Positions 37,301 to 49,376 of a stretch of 64,000 bases of DNA are shown in pieces (position 1 is the first letter of the stretch; each line of letters opens with the position of its first letter). The notes beneath the pieces were generated by a model that saw only the letters and a program-made list of their open reading frames with translations, did no database searches and was not told the DNA's origin. The stretch comes from Daphnia carinata (taxonomy: Eukaryota): NCBI RefSeq assembly GCF_022539665.2, contig NC_081332.1, positions 3,534,001 through 3,598,000 on the forward strand, written 5' to 3'. Both the position numbers and the translations under genes were made by a program.

Positions 37301-40300
37301 AATCATCACTTATTGAATGATTTCTTCAATCAAAAAATAAAAACGGTAGCTGTGTATTTTTTGTTTTGTGTTAAAGAAGAAAAGAGCTTGTTAGGAAATA
37401 CTGTCGAAAGAGGGTTATAGCCTATAATGTATACCATGACAACAAGGACGCACGTACAGTTTCTTTCAATGACGCAATTGCAAAGAAACAATAAAATAAA
37501 GAGGAGAAAAAAAAAGATTTTTTTTCTTCCCTTTTTTTGGCGAAACAGCACCAGCCGCCGCTGTTGCGACATTAAATTCGTATATGCAAATGACGGCGTC
37601 AGTACCCAAGTGGGCTGATATGCGCATACGTTTTTACTTCCTTTTCGACTTTATGGATGTATACGTATTTATTTATTTTTTTTTCTCATAAGTTTTATTT
37701 TTCGCCAGTCTGCAGTTTCGCCGGTTGACACGGTCTGAGTAAAATGATTGAGATACACATCACTGAAGGTTTTTATTAAAATTTTGCTCTAAAAAACGTT
37801 GTTCGTCATTTATGCAAATAATGTTGAATATTTTGAATATTTTTCATTCGTTCTAGAAATATTTAAATCAAAGTATGTAGATCTTTTCTCAAATTTCTAA
37901 CCCGTTCCCTTTTTGTAGGGATGATTTTAAATAATTTCCAAGGCCAGGCACTTTCCTCACCCATCCTCCGCAGAATTCGAAATTTTTCGATAATTCCCTT
38001 GTGGGGACTGACAATAATGGCGGCCGTGGTGCTTTCCTGTAAGTGCCACAAATGCAGCAAAGTTGATGCGATCTTTACTTATTTTAAGTTACAAGCCTTC
38101 AACTTCTATTCATATCATAATAAGATGGTAACTTAGTCGGTATCGGTAACTTGGTAGACATGGGATTAGGAGTGTAAAGTTCGATTCCCGCCACTTTCGT
38201 CGAATTTCGTTTTACCTTGCCAACCGCAAAAAAAACAAAAATTTTTGGCGCCATTCAAACAAAGAATTTGCAGACGCCATTTCACACAAAATATGTTTGC
38301 AAATTTAATATTTGGTTTTTTCAGTTTCAGGTAATCTTTTATTCATAAATTTCACATACATTTATTTTTAAATGCTGTAGGCCTAAACAGTAATTATTTA
38401 GAAGCAATAATGTCTTACCGTCGTAACATCACATAAAATTTTCCTTTCTTTTTTCGTCTGCTAGTTTTGCGCAAATATTAGTACACACGTCACATGTGAG
38501 GTGAAACGTATATAGAAAGAAGGCGAGGCAAAGATACGTGAATGGATTTCCAAAAGGCAATTTTACATCTCAACACGAGTGCACGAACGATACACACCCT
38601 TCGGGCAAGTAAATTTTTTTTGCAGCAGTATTACATTTAATTCGTGTTATGTATTATCTTACACATGCGCCAGACTCGTGTGATGCCAACGTTTTCAATG
38701 GCGGACTACGTGGCCCGTGTAGACTAGAAATTCATTGCGTTGTGTGTGTGTCTTTTGTTGTGGCTTCAATTATAGACTTACTTCTCTGTGCAAACATGTG
38801 TTTCGTCATAGCCGCAGGAATAGTAGGAATAATGTTACATGGGAGCAAGTCATAAGTTATCCAATTCGAGTCAACTAACAGAAACATTTTGTTCCTCTAG
38901 TTTAACAAATGGATCTGTAAAACGAGAGAAACTGCTTTTTCTTGTTCGTGATTCGAACGTTATTCATGTTAGTGCAAAGAAGTAATTTTGGAGAATACTG
39001 GTGGGCGTAATTATTTACTCATTTCAGCCATCAATCATGTGTATTCAGTTAAATCGATTTACGAGGCCTGAAAAATAGCAAAAACTTGCCAGGAATCAAA
39101 GCAATTTCTTCGTTTAAATCTCAGAATTGATTCAAAATTTATTATTTGGATACATTTCTTAGTTAGGCTTTGATCCCAGATGAACTATGATGCAACCAAT
39201 TTCATCTCTCGTTCGTCCTTTGAATTTCTTTGGCTTTCAACAATGCTGATTTGCAGCCCACATTAATTTTTATCTAGTTGTCAGGGCAAAATAAGAAACC
39301 CGGGTAGCAAAATATCATTCTGTCCTTCTCCCACACTTCCGGTTCATTGAATTCATCGGTCGCCTTGACTACACGCGTCAGGCGTTCACCTACACCTTAG
39401 ATACTCGCGATCGTTTATAAATGACGCCCTTAAAAAATGTTTTTTTAGCCATCTACTATTTGCAAAATATCAAACTAAAAGGCCAAAGTGACAGCGTTTT
39501 GTGAACCCTCATTCCGGCCTCGCTCATATCTCATATTCACACACACTAGTACTATATAGTTCTCCTTCCTTTTTTTTTTTTAAACTCGTCTATAAATCGT
39601 TGGTTTATTCGTGTGCCACTGTGTCCATATAATCTACACTCGACTGATTTTCGCTGTTGGCTGCCCCTTGCCTCTCTAGTTTTGCATATACTCCCTCGAG
39701 TGTGTGTTTGTTTGAGCACACACACACACACCCCTGCGTAGAAGAGAGAGAGAGCTCTAACAAACTTTGCGATCACGCTGTACTCCCGTACTCGTAGACG
39801 TAGACGCTTTTTCTCCCTTCAACCCCCCCCCACCCCCTCTCACCGCCGCCTCCCTTTTGCGCTCGGTGCCAATCATGTGATGCTCCACTCAGCCAGCACA
39901 CTCGACCGTATTTATTCAATACTTGCGGGATATGTGTTTGCTGTGTGAACATGCACACCAACGTCTATAACGCCCTCCACCCCCATGAATTACTTTTATT
40001 ACGAATTTTTTTTTTTCTTTTTTAATTCTCTTAAAAATTAAAAATAATTCGCAAAAGACAGGGAAATTAACCCGCCTATACATGTAACGATTGTTATCTT
40101 CACCTAGTATGCAATAATCAGCGAGGAAGAAAGGAAGATGAGGGGGCTTGTAGCACCACGCCCCTTCGGTTTATATTTGCTAGGCTACTTCTAATAGGTA
40201 TCACTCGACCTGCAAAGATTCACGTGATGCCTTTCATTCCATCTCCCTTTAGGGAGGGGGATCACTCCCGTCCGCTCCAACTCTTGCACAAACGAAAGGA

Positions 40301-43300
40301 AGAGGACGAATGATGGGGAAGGGGGGGGGGCAGTCATTAAAGAACATCAAACAGGTCCAACGTCCGCTGCCGACATAGATGCTTTGCTAGTGGGTATTTA
40401 GCCGGGATTGAAATTTCGATGGCAAAGGTCTTATGATGTGCATACCGCCCCGCATCACATGAAAATCGCCAACAGTCCACTTGGCACAGAGGAAATTAAT
40501 TGCCGCGACGCCGATCGATTTTGCACGGACCCAAATTTTGAGGGACAGCCGTGAGCAATCATCTCGCTATATGCATAGAGTGGGAGGACGAGAAGGGGGG
40601 AAGAGGGTGGGCTTTCATTTGTCCGGCAAATGATGGCGTTATAAGCTTAGCTGACTTGATTTCAGCGTAGGCGAGACTATTAAACAGAGCCCCTTTTGGA
40701 CGGCATATTAGGCAAATGATGAGCCTCAACACGACCGACGCTATAAATAGACATGTGTAGACTAATGTAGTGGATTGAATTGATCCACTTGGCCGAGTGA
40801 TTAAACGCCGTGGTGGATAATAGGCCTTATAGTTGTTCATTTGATTTGTTCATTGACACAGACAATTACTGATGTGCGCGTATCGATTGAGATTGTTTGT
40901 ACGCCGTATAAAGCGAATAGATGCGTCGATACTCGAGCTGTTTCTCAACAATCAATTATAAACAAATCGATTAAAGAGCTATAACATTTAAAGCGGGTGG
41001 TGCTCTTTTGTGCACTACATTTATCAATAATAAAAAATATAGCTTTCTCCAAGTAGAAACAAACGAACGTTGAACATGACGCACGATATCCCTCTTGTAT
41101 GGATCGCGAACGAAAGTTGAGACCGAAAGCTCTCCATCATCCGCACGGCTATAGTAAAAAGCCCATCCGTCTCCCACCTATTCGGGGTTTGAAACTATAT
41201 AGCTAGATCTATGATGGTTTTTTTTTTCTTCTTTGCCCTGTACGTAACGTGGAAAGAAGAAGGATATACGTTACATGTGCGTTATGTACACGCTAGCGCA
41301 TCCGAGTTCCGGAAAGTTTCGCGAGTGGAATAAAGCGTTTGCCCCTCTTTTTATTTTTCCCTCTTCCCCCTTTTTTTTTTTTTTTAAACTAGAGTTTCGC
41401 ATATCCGCAAACTATCTGAACAGTGTAGAAGATAATGATATTAATATATATAATGGGCATTTGACTATGTAGACTAGGTTACAAGTGTGCAATACGAACT
41501 ATCTCCAATTTCCTATGTATTACAATACAGTCAAGGATATGCATGTACTTGATAAATTGTCCTGCGTAGTGCAACTCCATGTCGGGGAGCGTCTAAATAG
41601 TGGACTCTGTTCAAGTTGTAATAAACGAGTCAATGGTCTTTGACTTTCGTCACATCATAACAATAAAGAAAAAAGGGGGAAAAAAGAATAAAGATTTTGA
41701 GGAAATCTTTTTTGTTTTGAGAATAGGCAAATAAAACAACTGACACCTTTTTCGAGACGCCTATATTTGGTTGTATAATTCAGTATGTGTTTTTATTGGT
41801 CGTCGGTGGTGGTCGCTCCATGGCGCAGATAAACTAAGCGAAAAAAATTAATGCAATTCGTTATAAAATTTTTGGAAAGCTCGTATTCAAATCTAAAATG
41901 GAAGAAGCATTTTTTCTTTCGAATTGCATTTCTACTGTTTTTAACGTTTCTAGAGGTTGAACAAAATAACGTAACAACTCGGCGTATCAGTAAAGGGAAT
42001 AGTCTAGTAGTTTCTGTCTTGATGTCAGCTTTTGCTGTGGTTGCTAGGGCGGCCCTCCAGGAAACATACGCTCACGTAACCATTGAAAAAAAAAAAAGGG
42101 ATTTCACGTCAGCTAAAATACATAGCAGTTAGTCCACCCCACCCCCCTCCGTGAGAGTGTATGCCAAACCAAACCTTTCCTGTAAATGTGTTGAAGACGG
42201 AAGTGAAGGCTATATAGCAACCGAATATACACACACAACCTCTACATGTTTCTCTTCATCGCAAACTCGGTCCTGCTTTTTCTCACTTTTTTTCCCTTCT
42301 TGCCGAAATAGAAGGGGAGATCCTGCTGCTGTTTGCGTGTGAATACAAACCTGTTCTTCTTCTCCCCACCGAAGAGGGGGGAAAGAATGAAACACTGACG
42401 AGAGAGAGAGAAAAAAGGGAGAGAGGAAGAAGAAAGTTGAGGTAACTTTTTTTTTTCCCTTTTTCCTACCCCCGTGAGTTGTGTGTAAATAGACTATAAA
42501 AGGAAGCTTTAGCGAATATAGGGTCTGGGAGATGCGCAAACATCAGAGTGAAAGAAGAGGGGTCAAAGAAGACAGGAAATAAAAACAGTAAAAAAAAAAA
42601 AGTTTTTTCGACGTTTCTTTTGCCGTACACAACAACAGCTTTGCTGGGGGTGTACTAACCCTTATTTGTAAAGAAAAGAAGCCAAAGGGCCGTCGAAAAG
42701 AAAAAAAATTCTGTTGCAAATGTTTAGTGAGACTACATGATATCAAGATGCTACTGCTGACTCCCTTTTAGAACTACATATGCTTGTTCCTTTTCGTTGT
42801 CGAGGAAAGAAAGAGTAAGAAATACCGGAAAAAAGCTTCCTTCTTTTACGACGACGAGCTCTCAGCGACTTTATTTTTCTTTCTTCCTTGCAATACTTTT
42901 TTTATATTTTTAAAGATTTCCAGGCTGCTTAGGGTCTCTTGGCAGAAACGGGGATCTCGCTGCAACGTTGACACACATAGTCAACACCGTGTGTGTGATG
43001 TATCGCAGTTTCCTTCCCTTGCCTCGCCTAGTTTTGGGAAGGTACATGTAGCCAATCATGACCAAACATCAACTGGGGCTCCCTTTTCATTTATTATTTT
43101 CAAGATCATGTCGTTATATAAACATAGAAACCTGCAGTATCCAGTAAAAAAGACACAGGAAAAAGATCATGTAGTTATTTGCCAGAAGAAGCGACTTTTC
43201 CTCGCTCTCTGTCATGAAAAACAAAGCAAAAAAGGACGGATTTGTTACACATCTTTTGTTGCTGGACGGATATACGTGTTGGTAACGTAACACTAAAAGT

Positions 43301-43428
43301 GGCTGTACTTTTTCTTTAAAAAAGGTGTCTAACAGGTAACTACCTACCAGATCAGACCAAAAAGGCACTGTTTGAAACATTAAGATGGAAATATTTGCAT
43401 AAAGTGAGAAAATATGCCTGGGACGATA

Positions 43429-44051
43429 CTACCATGCATACTGTTTTGTGAATATGGAAATGATGATGGGAACAAGCAATGAGGAAAGGGCTGTAGAGAT
43501 CTGACTGCCTCCATTGCAGCCATCTTGAGCGCAATAGCACTCTTCCCAGTAAACACCATTTTCTTTCACTCCCCAGTTACACACGCCTGTCACACCTGTG
43601 TCGGCAACTGAAGCACAGCGCCTGATAACCTGTCTCCAACGTCCATCCCCTAAATAGACAGAACACCAAAATGATGTTTACAGTTCAGAAAATGATAGTA
43701 AATTAGATTCAGTCTTACAAACAAAACTTCTGGGGCCCTGTTGTGTGATTTTGACACAAAATGTGCCTGGTGTGACAGATTCATCGCTGTTGCAGTCTAC
43801 TGGAATGCTTTTCCTTGTGTCAAATAGTTTATAGGCACCACAGTTATCCTGCCCCTTTGGATCTTGGCTTGAAGAACACTGGTGGCATTTTATTGAAAAA
43901 CCTATGATTATAAAAGGGATAAATTTCTTCAATGAAAATGAGATGCACTACAGCACGCTCAACACAGTAAAATGATTTGCGTCCATTTCGTACCAGAGTG
44001 AACAAATAAGGTGAAAAGAAACAATTTGATTAACAGGCAATGGGTAGCCAT
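43429..44051 (-). CDS. Ly6/three-finger (quiver-family) GPI-anchored protein, CG6583-like; exons 44051-43994, 43901-43719, 43649-43429 (153 aa)
   Basis: Signal peptide MATHCLLIKLFLFTLFVHSG; IKCHQCSS...DNCG...CNSDES..PGTFCVK...WDGRWRQVIRRCASV...VCNWGV.ENGVYWEECYCAQDGCN, then a hydrophobic GPI-type tail. Two GT-AG phase-1 introns, 462 nt total. The CG6583 assignment is from memory. Confidence 0.9.
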
Positions 44052-44598
44052 TGATGAATTAAAGGACATTCACTCTATATTTAAAAATAATTTGTTCTTA
44101 TTTAAAGAGATTGCATTTAATAATAAAAGTGGACAAAACGACACCGCCCAAAACAACTTTTCTGTTGGGGAACTTTCAAGCCGCACAGTTGCCAGATTTG
44201 GATTTTGCTCTTGTTGGAAAAGATGCTTTTAAGGTAAAAAAATTATTAGGTCTATAAATTGATTGAAAACTAAGCAAATAAAGTCTTTTCTATTTTAATA
44301 AAACCAGGCATCCCGTTCATGTTCGTCAACACAACTGAATGAACAACATAATCCATAGAGTAAACAGGAAATTTCTCGTTTTCTTCTCTAGAAGGTCAGC
44401 AAGTGAGCGACGAAAAACAATAAATCAGCACATAAAAACAATCGTTTATTTTCTACAGGTGTGTAGTCATTTCACTGATAAAAAGGCACTTTACGGACGG
44501 CGTAAAAATTCAAGAGGTTGGACGGCTTGAATGGAATGAATAAAAAGGGCTGAGATTCATTTTACTATGATGTTGACAAACCAGATTGATTACACACA

Positions 44599-45276
44599 TT
44601 ACAACCTTTTGAGGTACTGGACGGCTAAAAGTGAGGGAATTAATGCTGCTGTCATGAGATTGCAAGGTAATAGTGAGCTCGCAGCATTACAACCATCTTT
44701 GCTGTTGCAGGTACAGCTTTCAATGTGAATGTTAAAAGTCCCAGATCTCTGGAGACAATAACGTTCATCACCACCAATACCAGGCTCTCCAAGCCTGGCA
44801 CAAGATCGGATGTATCTCCACTCTCCATTCACCTTCTGTCGAATTTTCCTGCACATAGTTGCCTTCACCCCGGGTAGGTGAGTAACTTCAGGAAAGGTAG
44901 CACAGTCGAAAAAGGGTGTGGATGTGTTGTCAAAAGGATCAGCACATTTTGGGTCTTCTAGTGATCTGCATACCCAGCATTTGATGCCAGAGCCTGGATG
45001 AAAAAAGTGAAAATATGTTAAGTCTATTCCTGACGTGCGTCCTACCAGAAATATCATAAGCATTTCGTAGTGTTATGGACGCTGACAAGTGTCAAAAACA
45101 AAAACAGTTCAAAATGGCTTATTATTATGTTAGTATTATTTTGGAAACATGGTAAAACAATATAAATAGCATATTTTTCTAATAATTAATAAAACTAATG
45201 TCATACCTTCCTTTACAGCAAATAAATAAAATATAACAATGCCGAAGAACACGCCCAAGGATCGAATCGGCGCCAT
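44599..45276 (-). CDS. crok: crooked, Ly6-family septate junction protein; exons 45276-45207 and 44993-44599 (154 aa)
   Basis: Signal-peptide exon with phase-1 GTATGA donor; IKCWVCRSLEDPKCADPFDN...TMCRKIRQKVNGEWRYIRSCARLGEPGIGGDERYCLQRSGTFNIHIESCTCNSKDGCN plus hydrophobic tail. Closely matches Drosophila Crok as recalled. Confidence 0.9.
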
Positions 45277-45837
45277 TCCTTGAATTTTTATTTCAATGAA
45301 AGCAGCGTTGCGAGCTTGCGAAGTCAAAACCCGCCATTCTTCACAAGCTTCTTAAGCTACCAGCAGATGGCGATACTTTCCCGACAGAGTGTCTTTTTGA
45401 AAAACCGCTTAAATGCTCCAAATTCCTTTTGGACCTTTCTTTCAGTTATGGAAATTGAGCTATTTTTCAAAACTGCAATTTCATCGGTAGAACAATCTGT
45501 AACCTTCAAATTACGCAATGAAATGTGACTGCTGAGGACTAATACTGAAGCCATAAAGAAAGGCCTTGAATAAAATCAACGTCGGCTGCTACAGCTTAAC
45601 GGAAATCTAAGGACAACAACAAAACAAAGTGACCGTTGTTGAACTTGAACGGAACTAGTCGAAATTTCTTATCGTTAGATATTTGAAACTTCTGCTGTTT
45701 GAAATTCTGCATGACTGCTGAAAAAAAGTAGTAAAAATCAGTAAAATTCGTGTGGTATAATCCTTAGAACATCACTTTATTTGAAAAGCAGTTCTGCGTC
45801 ATAGCTTGGCTGATGCTACTTCGTAGTTCGACGAGCG
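45277..45837. promoter_or_regulatory. Divergent promoter region between crok and kelch
   Basis: Only ~560 bp separate the two head-to-head start codons; the interval contains CCAGCAGATGGCG (45360-45372). Confidence 0.65.
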
Positions 45838-48576
45838 ATGTCGACTAGTTCTAATAGTTCATCTTCTAGAGATTTCGCTGAACAGTTAAGTGCCCAGTAA
45901 TAATGCAAATGACTTTTAACCTTTGATATATGGCTGCTAAATCAAATTATTTTGGCCTAACAGCAAACTGCTTCTCCGCCATGCAAGTCAAAATTCCCTT
46001 GATGAAAGCTCTCAGAAAGAGTCCAGCCAATCTTCACCTGAAAGACCATTTTATCACAACTTACAGCATTTTTCCAAGGCATTTTCCAAGTTCAACATGA
46101 TGAGAAAGTACAGTATAGTTTCTCCTGATTATCCAAATATAATGTAATGTTTTCAACTTTGCATTTAAAGAGAAAAATTTCTCTGTGATGTTGTCCTAAT
46201 AACTACAAATCAAGAGGAGTTTCCGGCACATAAGGCAGTCCTGGCTTCTTGCAGCCCTTACTTCCATGCTATGTTTAGTTGCTTTGAGGAAAGTAACCAG
46301 AAGAGAATAGTTCTTCAAGATGTGGACCCAAAAGCCCTAAGCCTTCTGTTAGACTATGTCTATTCTTCAGAAATTCAAGTCAACGAAGATAATGTTCAGG
46401 TTATTAAAATAGGAAGGAAAAAGAAACTAAAACTAAAACACAGTGAAAAAACTTATTTTCTATTTGATTCCAAAAAACAATTTCGTTTTAGACTTTGTTG
46501 CCGGCCGCCAATCTTTTGCAAATGTTTGACGTCAAAGAAGCCTGTAGTGAGTTTTTGGTAACTCAGTTACATCCTTCTAACTGTCTCGGAATTCGGGCAT
46601 TTGCCGATCTCCATGGTTGCATAGATTTCTTAAAGTTAGCCGACAACTATACTGCCCAGCATTTTAGGTATAATCCAGTTTACTTTATTTTATCATTCAA
46701 CGCCTAATTTTAATAACGTATGTTTGTTTGTAGCGACGTGGTGGATGGAGAAGAATTTGCCAGTTTACAGTGCCAAGATGTGATACGAATAATTAGCAGC
46801 GATAAATTGACTGTATCGTCCGAAGAGAAGGTTTCAAATTATTTAAAAAAAGGCATGGAATTTCCCCTTTGTTCTACAGCTTTTCTTGTTTAGGTGTATG
46901 AAGCTGTGATGAACTGGGTAAATGCCAACGTTGACAACAGAAGTGTCGAGTTATCTCAACTAATGGAGTACGTTCGTCTTCCACTTCTCCCTCAAGACTA
47001 TCTTTTGCAGCATGTCGAAACCAACACTTTGATGCGATCTAATGCTCACTGTAGGCGTTGTCGCTAAAGGTTAATGATCAAATAACTGAACTGTTTCCTA
47101 ACTTTTCTACAGGCAAGGACCTCTTGATTGAAGCCCTTAAATATCATTTGCTCAAACCTGAACAAAAGAGAATTTATCAAACTTCTAGAACCCGTCCGAG
47201 ATTACCGATAGGCATGCCAAAAGTATATTGACACTTTAGCTGACTATAATTTTATTCTCAAGCAACGATCGCTTAATATGAAATTCGAATTCTTAAATGT
47301 TCCAAGGTTCTACTTGTCGTGGGCGGCCAAAGCCCAAAAGCGATTCGCGGAGTTGAGTGTTACGATTTTGAAACACAAAAATGGAACCCCTTAGCAGAAA
47401 TGCCTACCAGACGGTGCAGGTAGATATAAAATGAACAAAAATATATACAATAAATACAAAAATTCAATATAATTTTTTATCCTTTAATAGGGCAGGCTTA
47501 GCTTCTGTTTGTGGACGCATTTATGCAATCGGGGGTTTCAATGGATCCCTGCGTGTGCGCACGGTTGATCTCTATGAACCGAATTTGGATCAGTGGTTTC
47601 CCGCTCCCGATATGGAAACGCGCAGATCTACGTTGGGTGTTGCTGTATTGAATAATTGCATCTACGCTGTAAGACGGATGAAAACAAGACGACAATAGCA
47701 CTGATTAGTTAAAAAATGGCCCCTTTGTTTTCCAAGGTTGGGGGATTTGATGGTTCAACTGGACTCAAATCCGCTGAAAAATTTGATCCAGCAACACAAG
47801 AATGGCGTGCAGTGGCATCTATGACAACGCGTCGCAGTAGCGTAGGAGTAGGTGTTTTGAATGGCCTCTTGTATGCGGTAATTGCTCGGAACAAAATTTC
47901 AGATTTAAAACATTGGACCAAGTTCAGTTTTTTTTTATTAGGTTGGCGGGTATGATGGGGCTTCTCGGCATTGCCTGGCATCCGTTGAATGCTACTCACC
48001 TGAAACAGATACGTGGAGTTTAATTAGCGAAATGGTACATTACACTAGTGTTTCTTAGAAAGAGTTTTCATTTTGCCTTTGTCTTTGTAGGCTTGCCGGC
48101 GAAGCGGAGCCGGTGTCGGAGTATTGAATGGTCACCTTTACGCCATTGGCGGTCATGATGGACCCATGGTACGGCGGTCGGTCGAGAGATTTGATACTAC
48201 GACTAAAACGTGGACTTCCATTGCGGACATGTCACTTTGTCGAAGAAATGCTGGTAAAAATCTGAAAGCCGATAAACAGTTTTATTCTATTGATATCGTA
48301 TTTGTTTGATTCATTTTGATCTTTCGCTACATGACTGCGCATGTAGCTTTATTGCCTTAAGTTCTACGTTTTCTCTTATATATTATTATTATTGTTTATG
48401 TAGGAGTGGTGACACATGATGGTTTACTCTACGTCGTAGGAGGTGATGATGGAACAACTAATTTAAATTCAGTTGAAGTGTATGATCCCACAGCGAACAG
48501 CTGGTCAATGTTGTCCGCCTGTATGGGTATTGGCCGAAGTTATGCTGGAATCGCTGTAATCAATCGACCATCTTGA
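45838..48576 (+). CDS. kel: Kelch (ring canal kelch / KLHL2-3 orthologue; BTB-BACK-6 Kelch repeats), 13 exons: 45838-45896 (or -45884), 45964-46107, 46171-46399, 46492-46667, 46734-46830, 46894-47050, 47113-47222, 47307-47419, 47491-47668, 47737-47877, 47942-48034, 48091-48253, 48404-48576 (~610 aa)
   Basis: The spliced frame gives LLRHASQNSLDESSQK (Kelch N-terminal signature), LCDVVL..FPAHKAVLASCSPYFHAMF, QLHPSNCLGIRAFADLH, VVGGQSPKAIR, YAIGGFNGSLRVRTVD, VGGFDGSTGL, VGGYDGASRHCL, IGGHDGPMVRRSVE, VGGDDGTTNL, MGIGRSYAG. All introns are GT-AG; TGA at 48574-48576. The start codon and exon 1 donor are less certain. Confidence 0.92.
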
Positions 48577-49376
48577 ACATATGTCAGCCAGCCATACAGC
48601 CAAGTCATTGGATGTTCTCATTTTGTTCTAAAACGTATCAATCCAAACCTGACAGCAGAGAGCCTGCATTTTCAAATGTGATGTACGACGTTTGAATCAG
48701 AATCCCCTCATTAGATGTTTTTTTTTCGGTATTTTTGTTGCCAAAAGCGCTTCTCGGGGTATCCGTGCATTTTCTTACCCGTTCCTTTGATGAAAAAAAA
48801 AACAAAAAACGAAAAAAAAAAAAAAAAAAACAAAGCGCTAGCGAAAACTTCGAGTCCAAACTCTAATACGTCTGCGCTTTGTAAAACCGAACCTTATGAT
48901 ATTTCGAATAAATCTGGGCAATTTGAATTCTAGCTTCATAGTTCATTTAATATGTGACATATTACTGTTACGCTCAATTCAAACCAAGTAAGAGATAAAG
49001 ATCATAAATTATTGGTTTTCTTTTCGGTATTACAGGGTCGTAAATTTATTCAACTTTGTGCTTGTTGAATAGTGTTTAATTCTATCCATAGATGTCATTG
49101 GCTAGTCCACCGGTTGTAGTAAGGTTGTATTCGCGCATTACAGATGGCGGGGAGAGACATCCGGCCTTTTTAGCCATTGGCTGTACGAAATAACGTAGAC
49201 AAATGGCGGCTGTGTAGGTCAGTGGAGAGTTTGTCGTCGTTGCAATACACCCAAAAGGCTCATCGACAAGTCCCCATTTTTGGATCAAAGAAAAGTCTCC
49301 TTAATTGAAGAAGCTCGCCGGCGCCCAAAGACGGCTGAGTGGCCCATGTATCCGTCAATTGCCCACTTTGTTGAAG

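Noticed and set aside
38125..38197. tRNA-like A/B-box pattern (TAGTCGGTATCGG...GTTCGATTCCC)
   Set aside because: The T-arm and acceptor stems do not pair and no cloverleaf forms; at most a decayed tRNA or SINE fragment.
48326..48347. Perfect 8-bp hairpin GCTACATG/CATGTAGC in the last kelch intron
   Set aside because: Short and isolated with no snoRNA boxes; plausible by chance.
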